Shown here piece by piece: positions 13,471-27,385 of a DNA stretch of 64,000 nucleotides (position 1 is the stretch's first letter; the number at the start of each line of letters is the position of its first letter). Position numbers and translations under genes: made by a program. Source of the stretch: Antedon mediterranea (lineage: Eukaryota; Animalia; Echinodermata); assembly GCF_964355755.1 (NCBI RefSeq), contig NC_092675.1, forward strand, positions 21,300,912-21,364,911, given 5' to 3'. The notes under the pieces were generated by a model, which made no database searches, was not told the origin of the DNA, and worked only from the letters and a program-made list of their open reading frames with translations.

Positions 13471-16400
13471 ATGATGAATTTACGAACAATATGTACAGTT
13501 TTCCTCCTATTCAACGCAGGTTTGTATAATATTTAATAAAAGCTTCATATAAACATAAGCAATCTTTATTGTGTATTTGTATTTTAAAAATTATAATTTA
13601 ATCTCGTTCGTTCCCTCCATGATGCTAGCCTACCTAGCCTAGGCCCTTTGACTAGTTTGCTACAATATTATATAGTACCTACTGACATCCAGATTGGTGT
13701 TACAGAAAAAGGGGACGTTTCGCCCCAGATGAACCTATTAAAACAGTAGATTCACACAGTTAAGTTCAATTTATGGCTCGTAGCTGCATCTTATAGGTTT
13801 CGAAATACAACAAAAGGTCTTTTTTAAATTTTTTTAAATTTTATAAACTTAAATTTTATATTTGTTTGATTCTCATGAAGTAATTGTTATTAATTACTGT
13901 GATAATAATTCTATGATAAGAAACCATGACTGCATAAACAAATGAATGGACGGTTGGCATACCAAAAGCCTCAACACTAGAATATTGACGGTGACAAGAA
14001 TAAACGTTGAATTACTGTGACACACACAGTTGACTGTTACGAATACATCAGCAATAATAGTGTATTTATTTTTTTTTGTATTTAGCATTGGCTAATAAAA
14101 AGGATGTCTTTGGAATCCATTCTATTACCTTTGATACAGCTGATCTGCAAGTAATCTCCAGTGTGGACAGCAATTTACAAGTATGGGGACAAACGCATGA
14201 GTGCCATAATGTAAGAATTTAATTACGTAACAAGATAGTCAAAATCCCCATATTCCACTTGTGATGCTAGTCTGGGTTCCAGACGGAGTTTTGTCTTAAT
14301 ATTAGTAAAAAGATAAATATTTTGGCACATATGGCGTTTCATACGTATACTACTTGATTTTGGATACTCCGTCTGGGGAAACACGCACAAGTCACGTGGT
14401 TTGACACCAAGAATTCTTGGTGCATACGATTATCCGGTTGACTAGTTTCAGCTGCATGCGATTGGCTACTCACTCGTACACCGTTTTAATATTCATATTT
14501 CAGAATTTCAAAGACTCACAACAACTAAGATGATGCGCATGCGCTATGTTACGTTTAGACAATGTGTACTTGGGTACATTTATGAAGTTTCTGAAGTCTA
14601 GAAATTATTTTATATGCCTAGTAGTCTGGTAAACATTTGATGGGATTTTTCCCAAGAACATGAAAACTCGTCTTGATATGATAGGCTAGCTTCTCCACAA
14701 ATCAAACATTGAATGGATCATTTATTACGCGGAGATAATTTGATTTAATTTCCACCCAGACCCTGTCCTGTTCTGTGTGGTGGTGTAGCCCTGTTGTGTG
14801 CCGGTGGTGGTATGTAGGCCTACTTTATTGGCGTTTTATTTGGCAGGTCATACGTGCGAGTTGAGTAGGACCTACAAAAGAGGCCTAGGCCAAGGACTAA
14901 ACAATTAATAAACAAAACAACTTGGCATTACGATTTTATATTTCAACAGTCTCGATCGTACATTCAGCACTGTACGTAGGCCTACTCGATCTCTTTCATT
15001 TTGAAACAAAATGATCATTGGTTGATTCGAAATCCATATTTACATACCGCCCGCCCCATATAGCCAAATACGGTATGATAACCTACGTCATTCTTATCGG
15101 ATGTTTGCGGTCTGCAAATCGATTTCTATACGTGTTTCACAAGTCTGTATTTTCAGACAAAAATCGCGGTCGAAATAAAAACAAATAAATAGAAAAAAAG
15201 ATAATACAGACTTGGGGCAAGTCTATTGTGATGCCTGCATCATCATAAACCATAAGCCTAATAATACCGTAACTAAAGTAACATAAATACAGGTGCCACA
15301 GTACAGAATATTATGATACTGTACATATATTATGCCAGTTGGAGTTAAGCTGGGTGATTGCTACTAATTTTTGTTTATGTTTAAATTAAAGTGCGAGTTG
15401 ATCATGCTAAAAGAGATTCACAAGTCTTCTCATGTACAACTTAAGATGGACACCAGGTATAGGACCAAGCTAGTGGTGGTGCCAGATCACGCTTACCATC
15501 TTAATACAACGAATGACTGCAGGTACAGTATTGTTTGTTTGTTTGTTTGTGTGTCTGTAAAGAAATATTTCAAGTAAGTCTGATGTTACTGTTGGCTTTG
15601 GTATAAGGCCATGCCTTGGTGGTTACAAGCTCATCCCTGACTTTGGCCCAAATTGATGCAAGTTTACTGGTCTTTGTAAATGGTAATTTTCCAAACAATA
15701 ATAAATGATAATAGTATAAGTAAAACAAGTTCATAGATTTAATCTTTTTTTGCTTAGATGTAGGCATATTTATATACTGTACTGAAGAAAAACATTTTAA
15801 TTTCCCTATGCAGTTAATGCATTAAAAAATTATGATTTGTCCAGATTTCTTCATGGTTGATATTAAAGATTACAATGTCTTTGTTTGCTAAAGCTTGGTT
15901 CCTGTTAAGACAACTCAAGGACATGCAACCCAAATAATTGTAACCAATCACAAGTGAAGGATAACCTGATCAATCACTTGTAATTGGTCAAATTACTTGC
16001 CTTGGGAGCATGTCCTTGTGTTTAGACCCAGTAAAATTAGATAACTTTAAAAACAAAGGGTTTTAGTATTTTGTATTTCCTGGAGCAAAATTTAATTTGT
16101 TTGAAATAACCTTCCTTATATACTGTACTGTAATTGAAAAACCCTTTTATTTTAGTTTAAAAGTTTGTACAATGTACAGTGCTGTATTTGAAATCATACC
16201 CGTAATTGATTGATTGATTTCCTGTTGAATCTTGTGCTATTTCATCCCTTTGTTTGAGTACAATACTTACCAGTAAAATGCTTAAACAAATATAGTCAAT
16301 ATCAAATTTCCCCTTATTTGATATTATTACCAATACTGTATTAATAGAAAAAAATGTCATTGCCATTTGATGTCTCGGATATTTACAAAGCAGGGGATGG

Positions 16401-19400
16401 AATTATAATGCTTTCTTTAATTTATCGACACTATTTACTGTAGATAGATACTTTCAATTTAAATATACCTTAAAGTGTTGAACAAGGAGAGAAATGAGCT
16501 ATGAAAACAATACAACTACTATCAATGTAATTGATTTTACTGATAAATCAAAGCAAGCCCATCCAACATTGTATCTCCACTTTATAGAGTCTATAATGGG
16601 TTATTTTGGTTCATGTGTTATGACTGATTTCTTACCATAATCCCCTTCCCCCTTTCACAAATTATACTGTATTTCAAGAAATTCATTATTAATGCAACAA
16701 TTACAAATGATAAAATATGTAACAATAATAGCATTCCAGCTTTTAATAAGAAAACATTTAAAGAAAACACAATTACAAACATTAAAAGATTCACAGACAC
16801 ATTGTGATTTAATGAACTATGACACTATTTCAGGCCCAATAAGAACTTTTAGCTATCAGCACTGTAGATGACAAGAACTTTTCCGTTTTAAAATTTTGTT
16901 AAGCAAGTCAAACATTTATTTTATCCTCAAAAGCTTTTATCTTTTTTTGGTCTCTCTCTAAAGTTATGTCAATAATTCTTCAATATAAGAAAATTATTTT
17001 ATCTCAACTTTACTTTTGTTTTCATTCGTTTGCAGATTTGATACTCATTTTACAGAGAACAGTAACTACAGTTTATTTGTAAATGTTAATGACATGAACA
17101 ACAGTCAACCAATCAAGTGTCATCTGATAGACCCAAAAGATATTGATTTATCTTATGTTCGTAAGTTAAACAAATAGTAATCTATTTATAAATACATGTT
17201 CTTTCCTCTGGACTTTCCAGATGAAATACAGTCATACTAATTATAAAATCTCGAAACAAACATTTAAACAAACATTTCGAATAAAAAGGTGCCTAGAATT
17301 GAGAGAGTTGATTTATTTACCTTTACACTGTGTCAGCAAAAATGCACAGTTGAACATTTAAATTGTGTAACCCGAGTCATACTATACCATAAACCTTCTA
17401 ATAGTAACCCACACTCTAATAGTAACCCACACTCTAATAGTAACCCACACTCTAATAGTAACCCCCCCTTCTAATAGTAACCCCCCCTTCTAATAGTAAC
17501 CCACACTCTAATAGTAACCCCCCTTCTAATAGTAAGTAAGAATAATCACCCAGGGTTACAATTAGAAGATTTACTGTACTTTAGAAAGCATAATGTAGAA
17601 TTATAGGCCAGTGTAGCATTAGGGACCTACTGTATAGTCCATGGTAGCACTAACAGCATACAAATTTGTCTTGGTTACTAAACCACAGGAGTGAAACAAA
17701 CTGGGTAAACCAGAGATAAACCGGTGTTCACAGTATAAACATATTGCGTACATCTTCCCGGTTTGTTGTTGTAAATTATAAAAAATACTGATGGCATTTT
17801 GTTTCGCATATTATATGAAATAAAAAGTTTGATTTAATTTATTAGTTTTATTTAAAAAAATCTTATTCATGCGTAGTAATAGTTTTTTTGTTGCCATTAA
17901 AATATATTCGTGGTAAGTATAATAAACGAATACTAGAGCGTTGTTATTCAGACTTATGTTGATGCTTTTTTTTTTATAGCTATTTTAGTTGCAATTGGAA
18001 TTTATGTTGTGTTAGCAATTCTTTGTCTGCTTAGCAATGCCGGAATAAGGTATGTTTATACAGTGATAAGCCTTAATGCAGATCCTGGGGTATAGATAGT
18101 CCCCCTCCACCACTCCCAACATTGATGGTCCCCACCGTCATCCAATTTTGACAGCAACACCCCAAATAGAAGTACCAATAGCAACTTTCAAAGACTGGTA
18201 CATCATACTTTCATTAAAATTTGACTGTGTGTGAAGACAGAAGAGACAGATGTTGTGTCTACTTTCAAAACAGATCTGCATCATTGAATCTGATGAGAAG
18301 AGTGATTGTAAATGATGAGGCTGATTAAGGACCATGTCAAATTTATTCTACTGCAGTATACTGCAGTAATGTACTACATTTTGTTAAACCACTGGTTTAT
18401 GAAATAATTTAACAAGCATTTTTTTGGATAATCATACAAACTGTTTATTGCAGGAAATTCCTAATACACTACTACATTGTAATACATTTTCTGTTACACA
18501 ATACATTTATTTTGTATTAGCATTACTGCAGTAACTGCATGATAATCATTTTTACATGGTCCTTAAAGAATGTCAGTGTTTATTGTGATGAAGACTAATT
18601 AATAAGAATTAGGTTGCAACTTAACCTTTTTGTCATTATTAAGACATTATCAAAATCTTTTATATTTTCTGAAAGGAGACAATTGATCTACAAGATATGC
18701 TGTTGCCTTGGTACCAGTAGATTAGTTAATAATGTATGTATTCTATATTTTTATTACTTATTTCAACAATCACATACTGTACCTTACTGATACTAATGTT
18801 CCAATTGTTTATTTGGGTTCGAAGTCTATGTTTCCCATGGTTTTAAACTCTCTGCACAGATACAGTTAAAGATTGGAAGCGCACGTCAAGTAATTTGACC
18901 AATCACAATGCGATAAACTGTCATTTGGCATTGGTCAACCCACTTGTGTTATGTCTACATCTTTGCGTTGCGTCTAAATGGGAACTAAGCTTAATTCGCT
19001 TAACAAAACAATTTGAAGTTTGGTTTAGCATTTGTTTATAGACATGATTATTTAATAATTTATGGTAATGTACTATCTATAAAGATTTCAAATGCATTGC
19101 CTTGTACCTGTACTGATATAATAATAATAATTCAAAATTTATTAATATGATTATGCTTTAAAGTTCCCTGTCTTAGAACACCTGGGCACTTATTCTAATT
19201 AAACATGTTCACTTTCTGATATTGTTAATAGGATCTTGGTGCCCCTGATGGTTCATTGAATGAACATTCAAACTCCATAAACCCAGAAGCTATGGCACAG
19301 CAACAAAGATCAAAACGCCTCAAATCTTTGGACACTTTCCGAGGGTAAGTAAGACTTGTTATGGCAAGAAGAGAATTTGAACATTCTCATTCATTCAAGT

Positions 19401-22400
19401 AGTATTCATTTAGAAAGATATCAATCTAATCCACTGGACTTGTTTAGTAAAAATACTAAAGGACATTTTTTCTTGGGTTAGGTTTGATAAAATAATAAAA
19501 TTTAACTTTATATAGTTATACAAATGTGCTTTACTGTTGATGACAATTGAAACAGCAATATAAATATAACTGAAAAAAAAAAACTATTGTACTGCAGTTA
19601 CTGAAGTGTGTCAACTGCAGATATTGTAAAGTCTTTCTCAAATCATTCTTGACTGAGACTTGAATAGTTTTGAATACAGCATTATATTTTACCTAGGCGG
19701 AAATGCACATACAGTATTCAGAATAACCAAACTATATATTATCATGAAATCATCTAAACCATGCCAATGCCATTTTTGTAACAAACTTATTAATAAATAT
19801 TTACAATAATATAATTTGCACAAATAATAATATAAATATAATGTATATTTATAATAATGTAATATTATTTTGCATGTATTGTTTTTAGGATTTCTATTAT
19901 AGTAATGATATTTGTTAACTACAGAGGAGGGGAATATTATTATTTTCAACACTCTCGTTGGAACGGTTAGTAAATTAATTGATTTACTAATTAATTATTT
20001 ATTCGGTCTATTTCAGTATATACATAACAAACAAAAATGAAATTTGGTTATCATCTACACGACTACTACTTCCTGTCATTGTTCACTCTTAGTGTGACCT
20101 AGTTTATCTATTAACGTTAAGCTTCGTATGGCAAAGTGGAAAACTAATTGTATTTGTTGCTGTATTAATTTATTTTGTGAACATTTATTTTGGTACTAAA
20201 TAAATAATTATTAGGTTTCAGATATACTGTAATCTTTGTAATCTAAAACCAAATAAAAAATAATAGTTTCACATCTTCTTCCTCATCAAATTGTTCAAAT
20301 TATAGTTAAAATATCATGTATAGTAAACCTAGCTTGTATTAAAAGTTCACAATCAAATCCGAATCCTACTGTAATACCATATTCATATTTGTATGAAAAC
20401 TATTGTTTTTTTAATGAAAAATAGAATTTGCCTTTACTGGGTGTTGGTAAAATTTCATTTTTATTTATATTTTGTTATATTTTAGGTTTAACTGTTGCTG
20501 ATCTAGTATTTCCATGGTAAGTACAAACATGATAACATGACATCATACTTTCTAAACCATGTTTTCTAAACATTTTTTAGAATTTTAGGTCAGATAACTG
20601 ATGGTCACTTTTGATCAATCAGAGGCCTGGCATACTGCATGTATCTTCTATATAATAATCATCAACTTTTAGTGTGACTTTTGTATTTTGATATGGTGTA
20701 TCAAAATGCTATATTAACAATTAAAACATGATTTGATATTTAGTAATGAATTAAATAAATGTTTTGTACTATTATTAATATTCTTATTTTAGGTTCATCT
20801 TTATCATGGGCACGTCTGTTGCACTATCCCAAAATGTTTTGAAGCTGAAAGGTGTGTCTCCGAAACGTTTGTTCCTGAAAATAGTTCGCCGAGCGGTTAT
20901 CCTTTTTGCTCTTGGAATCTTCATGAATTCTGGAGGTAAAATTAAACCTAATATGCAGTAATTTTACATGACAACAACCAACTTTAGGTGTTATGTTTAG
21001 CTCCATTGATTCAGACATTTCATGTAAAACTTTCTTCTCCTTACTGGAAATCTTTCTCCAACTTTCAACTATTATTCATATACAGTAGAGGCCCTATTCA
21101 GAGGACACCTCTATTTCTATTCAACGTCCCAAGGGAATTGCTTGTCTCTGAATGGAGCAAGGGAAAACACACATTTTTACACTAGAGTCAGTCCCAATTC
21201 AGGGGAAACCACCACCATTAAGGGACAATTTGTTGAGTCCCAATACTTTCTATAATTAAAATTGTACAGGCCCATCAACTTTCTTTTCTGATTTTGCAGG
21301 GTTTTCTCGTCTGCTTTCCCTTTATCTGAAGGGCCTAGATGCATTTTTAATACTAGGTACATTATACCAAATTTATCTTAATCATTTCATTTAAATTCTC
21401 TCTTCAATGTGTGCAGTCAACTATTGTGATCATCTGATTCAAAAAGTCTGGATACAAATTATTATTTTATAAATAAAGGTTCAATTATATTCTTTTATAT
21501 TTCAATCAGCCAATATTACTACTAATACTATGTTTAAGTAATGTTCTGTTATATATCTGTAATATTGCTCTTTTTTCAGGTAGAAATGATTTGAGTGTTT
21601 TAAGAATTCCAGGTGTATTGCAGAGATTTAGTATCTGCTACTTTGTTGTCGCTACATTGGAGTTAGTATTTGGTAGAAAACCTCAAGGACAGTATGAAAG
21701 TCTCACGGTTAGTAACTTAATAAAGGCAAATTTACAAAGACAAGTGGTAACGGTAATAAAATATAGAATCTATGTTGTTCCTTATGACCATTTACACAAT
21801 GCGCGGAGCGGACTGGCGGGTTCCGCTGAGGATAGAAACAGATTCTACGTGAGACAAGCTATGCGGTTTTCCGCTTACTGTTGCCGCTTGTCAGTGTAAA
21901 TTGTCTACTGCTACTTGTAGTAGTCTTCCATTTTTATACCCCAGCTACTGTTTTACCATTAGCACTACATTATCTAAGAATATAGATCATCTTTCAGGTG
22001 GTTTGTTTTTAGTACTGTATTTGTTATACTGTCCTCTATTGTTAGCCACACTTTCAGTAATGTATCTATTTTTCTTATCTTTATTTTGTGTTTTTTAGCA
22101 TGTGAATAGGAAACACACCCATGCTCATGAGTAAACCCATGCTAATGAGGCTAACCCATGGTTCCTACTAGTGATGCAATGCAACTGACGCAACATAACA
22201 AAATACCTTTCCAATAAATGTGTTTGCCCCCCCGCCTGCGTAAAATCAAACCTGCTTGTTGCGCGTCAACAATAGCATGCCGTAGACTTTGACTTCGTGC
22301 TGTACTATGTTTTTCTGCGTGAAATCAATCCCAGTTTTTGCGTTAGCATGCCGCATACTTTTGAGTATGTACTGTACTATGTTTTCCAGTGTTTTTTTGC

Positions 22401-25400
22401 CTTGCGTTGTTGCGTGAAATCAAACTGATTTGATTTCCCGTGACTATGTTTGCAGCACTGTTGGTTGCATTATTGGTTTCCACTTGTGATTATGCAATAC
22501 AGCACCTTGCGTCGATATGCAGCTGTATTATGTTGCATTCCAGTGGGAACCACGCTTTAGGCAGACATACTGCTATTGGCTGTTATTCCTGCATTATTAT
22601 CTATTTTTGGTCTTCTTCTTAATGTTTCATATTTGTGCTTTACCAGAAAGTCATACTCATACTCTGCTGATTTCTATATGCACATTTTAATTGATTATTA
22701 ATTGTCTTTCGTAGCCTCGTTGGTACACGCCATTACGTGATGTGATTGATTATTGGATTGAATGGCTTGTAATAATTGTTCTGCTGGTGGTTTATTTCTG
22801 CCTCACTTTCCTTTTACCAGTTCCAGGCTGTCCAACGTAAGTAACCAAATTGTTAAAGATGTATTGTCCCCCTGAAAAAATATTTTTGTAAAACATTTTT
22901 TGTTGAATATACCATTTTCTTGTCACATGATAGTGACACTTTGGTCAAAAATTAGATTGGAAAAAAAAGGCCATATACATGGCTGCAGTCATGTGCGCAA
23001 ATTTGAGTTAGTGTTAACCGACCGACCAACATAGATAATAAAAATTTACCTGAAAAAACTGTAATCACACGACTAAAAATTTACCTTACCTTATTTAAAG
23101 CAATAATAGTCAAATTGGCTGCCAGTCAATTGGTTGATTTATCTAATTCCTACGTTGAAGAAACATTGTAGAGTAGCTACTAATTTACATCCTTCGTAGT
23201 TCATCTTATTTGCAAACAAAATTAAATTCATATTGAAACATAATTTCTTAGTAAAGAAATAATAAAATTGAAATGAAATGACAATACAATTATTGAAGGT
23301 CAATATATAAAGCAATATGTTTTATCTTCCACACATACTATGTTTTTTTAATTACTATCAAATTTGTTACTATAATTGTTATTTTTATGTATTTTTAATA
23401 TATGTGTGGAGAATATTTGTTGAATTAACGAATCCATGATTAATATAATTTTATGATATATTTATGTTATTGAATTACTTTTTGCTCTTTTCAAGTGGGT
23501 ACATAGGACCAGGAGGTTCACTTCAGCAATTAGCCAATGAGACGGTTGACAACTGCACAGGAGGTGCAGCCAGGTATATTGATGAGAAGTTGTTTTCCCT
23601 CCACCATATCTACCAGCATCCAACGTGTATGGTAAGCTTTGCCACAGTTTGGTTGCACATTTTACTATTGGGGTTGGGATAGGAGGACCCCTTTTAAATA
23701 TTTGTTTTTTTCTTTGGTGTGGGATAGGGGTTGAGAGGGATTGTCCCCCTCACATATATACCTAAACATTTGTGGGAACAAATATATTGGAAGCAGCAGC
23801 TTCTTGTGAATGCCTGGTATATCCCAAGACCATTTAACAGAACAATGCCGTAATGTATGATTTTTCTGGGAGGGATAGGGGTGTGGAGGGATAGGGGTGT
23901 AGAGGGATGCCCCCCCCCCCCTCACATATACACCTACAAATTTGTGGAAAAAATATATTGGAAGCAACAGCCTCTTGTGAATTCCTGGTATATCTCATGA
24001 CCATTTAAACTGAACAATGACGTAATGTATGATTTTTCTGGGAGGGATAGCGGTGGAGAGAGATTGTCCCCGCCACATATACACTTTTTGTGGATGCCTG
24101 GTATCTCATTAAACTGAACGATGCCGTAATGTTTGATTCTTACCTCTAGGTCAAACGTCTGCTTAAATTACATTCTAAATAATAAAATAAAAACAAAAGT
24201 TTATGATTATTATTCTTTTATTTAATTCATTGATAATATAACATAATAATTATATGACAATGTAAATTTATTTTTTCTCAATGAAAAAAGTTTGTTATCT
24301 ACCTTCACAATTGAGTAGTGTTAGTAAAAAGATGATTGTTTTCTATTTAGGTAATATATAAAACGGGAGCTTTTGATCCGGAGGGTGTGTTGGGATCAAT
24401 TCCATCAATATTTCTCACGTTCCTTGGCTTACAGGTAAGTCTCAGAATAATGCGATACATATGTATAATTATTTGAATAAACATCTTTTATATTGCTTGC
24501 ATTAACATTTATATTATTCAAATTGTTCTCTAAGAGCAATAATATCATGACAATGGAATTGGAAAAAAATATTATTTTGGTATAAATTTATTTCTAATTA
24601 CTTCATAACAATATAAAATAATATTCATCTACAGTACTTTATTTTACTTACATATTTTACATAATCTACTGTTTTTTTCATCTTCTACCTCTAATGGTTT
24701 TACTTTTAGTTACTACACTAACTGTATTTTTTGGTAATCACATGCACTGTGTTAATTGCATTGAATATGCCATATATTTACGGAACAAACTAAAATCAAA
24801 CATTATTGCAGTAAAAAGAAATACTGTATAGTTACTGCAGTAGAATAATTTGACATGATACCTGATTGAAATGCACTCAGTCTTAGTTTATTACATATTG
24901 TTAATATCAACAGTCACATTGTATGGTTTTATATTGATTTAACAATTTTTTTTTATTTCAGGCTGGAAAGATTTTCTTAATATATCCAGGATATAAAAGC
25001 AGAATTAAAAGGTTCTTTGTGTGGGCACTGATAACGGTAATAAAAGATATACATAGATTAGCAGTGTGTTTTAAGGGCTTAATTGGTGTTATATATCAAA
25101 TGTTTTAGACATAACATATAGCCAAAGGCTATAAAGCAATATACATTTTGTTTTATATAAACCATAGTAAATAAATTCTTTTGAATACAGTAACGTGTTT
25201 GTCATTAATTCAATTTCAATGTACAATTTATAGAATGTTTATATTATATGGTATTTTAAAAGGCTTGTTATATCATTTACTGAATGTTGTATCAAGTTTA
25301 ACTTATGTTTAATTATGTGTATGTTTCCTTATTTCAGGGTGCAATTGCAACAATCCTTTGTAAGGGAACAAAAAATGATGGATGGATTCCAGTAAATAAG

Positions 25401-26784
25401 AACTTATGGTAAGAAAAATAAAATATTATGAAATGCAATGTGTTTTGTTTTTGAAAAAAAAGTATGTTGGCAAAAAAATATGAGTTGGTTTTTTTGTGTG
25501 TGTAATTGGGCATTCAATTTACAGTACGAGTAAATTTTCTATAGTGTACCAATCTGTTTTACCAGTAGTAGTTTAGCAAGATTACATAATCATTTATAAT
25601 GTAATTAAACACAACAAAACAATTTTTCAATATAAAATTTAATTATACAGCAATTATGGTGTACTGTATATTTGATTATGTTATTTAGTGTCAAAGTGTT
25701 TTAATGGTTCAGTATCCTTTAACAGCCATCATCTAGTCGCAGGCCTTGCATTCTTAAATATTTCTCTGTGGAAGCTAACTTTCCACCAAGAAAAAAATAT
25801 AATGCACTAGACATATTATAGTATGCTAGACTAGTACTAAATCTAGGCGTGCACACTACTAATATTTATTTTTCTTTAAAGGTCTATTTCATTTGTGCTT
25901 GCATTGTCAAGTATGGCATTTATCCTTCTCATTGCTTGTTACTATACTATTGATGTGGTCAGGATTTGGTCGGGTGCTCCCTTTTTCTATCCAGGTAATT
26001 AACAAAATCTGTTATTGGTCAGATGTTTGCTTTACTCTGACATAATATGTAGTTTATTCTATATGTAGTACTGTATTAGACAGGAACCCACAACCTTCAG
26101 ATCATCATTAGGAAAACTATATGTATGAAATGTATCTAGATTTATATAACTAATCCCAGGGCCTTAGCCACCAGTACAGTTGGTAAGGTTTCTGCCTTAC
26201 CACTTTTTCACAGAGGCCTTTAAAAACCCAGTGGCCTGCACAGAGATTGTTTTTTTCTCACGAAAACCACACTGAATCCTCAAATGTAACTGCATTATTT
26301 TAAATTGTTGAATATCGTAATTGTGGTACAATCATTCAGGCAATCCTTGCATACGAAGCAGATAAGAATAGGTTCCCGCATTGGAGTAGTTGGTTTAACT
26401 TCAAACAGAGTATCTGATGGCTGCAGCTATATTGAGTGGTCCCTCTCCTGAGCTGTTGGAGTTCAATGTCTATTTCTTATACAGATAATAATATGTCTAT
26501 GAGGAAATAATATATGTCTCAGTCTGACAAGTAGCGCATGGATTTTGAAGCAAGAATTGTATTAAATGAATAACGTTTTGTTAATATCTCTTTGTTTAAA
26601 TACAGGTATGAACTCCATTTTCCTGTACATCGGCCATGAAGTTTTCCAAGATTACTTCCCATTTTCTTGGGTTCCGTATGTGGGAAATCATACCGAATAT
26701 CTTGCCATAAGTCTGATTGGGACCAGTCTATGGGCACTGATTGCTTTCTACCTTTACAAGGTGAAATTCTTTTTAAAGATCTGA
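13471..26784 (+). CDS. HGSNAT: Heparan-alpha-glucosaminide N-acetyltransferase, paralog 1 (~609 aa, 18 exons)
   Basis: Exons 13471-13519, 14086-14210, 15392-15522, 17036-17160, 17980-18049, 18676-18733, 19232-19344, 19889-19965, 20486-20516, 20793-20935, 21580-21707, 22715-22836, 23496-23631, 24351-24434, 24962-25036, 25338-25408, 25882-25994, 26606-26784 (1830 nt, in frame). Motifs [64 protein letters not shown]. Confidence 0.93.
17397..17535. repeat. 18-bp minisatellite (CTAATAGTAACCCACACT)n
   Basis: About 7-8 tandem copies in an HGSNAT-1 intron. Confidence 0.9.
23705..24135. repeat. Degenerate ~170-bp tandem repeat (about 3 copies)
   Basis: Recurrent GGGATAG..CACATATA..CCTGGTAT..GAACAATG.CGTAATGT blocks. 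Confidence 0.7.
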
Positions 26785-27231
26785 AGACTTTTGCTCAGTC
26801 ATGCATCAAATATGTAAATATTTTAATTTACTTCAATTCACTGTACTCAATACAATGCCATTATAATAACCAGGATGTGGGTTTTATTTGCGGTGTTGTT
26901 TTTAAAAAGTTAGAATATTCTATGTCTTAACTGTTTAGCCAATTGCTCACTCTATGAAATCTCATAGGATAGGAGATATGGGGGTGGGGTAAGATTTGAT
27001 ATTGTATTATGAAGATTATTTTGAAGAAAGTAAAATGTTACTAAATGAACAATGTTAAAAATTATTTTTTGTACATAACTAACATATGGGCATATACTCT
27101 AATAGTATTCATTAGCATAATTAAATAAAATGCCTTGTTTTATTGTTATCATTATTTATATTGTATTGGGTAAAAGCTACATTCAGATCCAAGCACCAGC
27201 AGGTTGATTCATCTTTCATAAACCAGTATAA

Positions 27232-27385
27232 AGCTCTGTTTACACTTTCAAACTTTATGTGACAGAAAATGTGATGTGCTCGCATATGGACACAATGATC
27301 TCATATCTCTACCATTTTTGGGCATACCACTACCATATATGGGCACATCACACTGTTTTTGTCAAGCTAGTTTGATAGTGTAGTG
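27232..27385. mobile_element. Harbinger-like MITE
   Basis: TACACTTTCAAACT..AGTTTGATAGTGTA inverted ends with an internal TGTGATGTG/CACATCACA inversion. Related copy at 60459-60584. Confidence 0.5.

Noticed and set aside
19889-19965. Idea that HGSNAT-1 lacks the catalytic-His exon (absent from the ORF track)
   Set aside because: The 77-nt exon is present with correct splice sites and retains the His.
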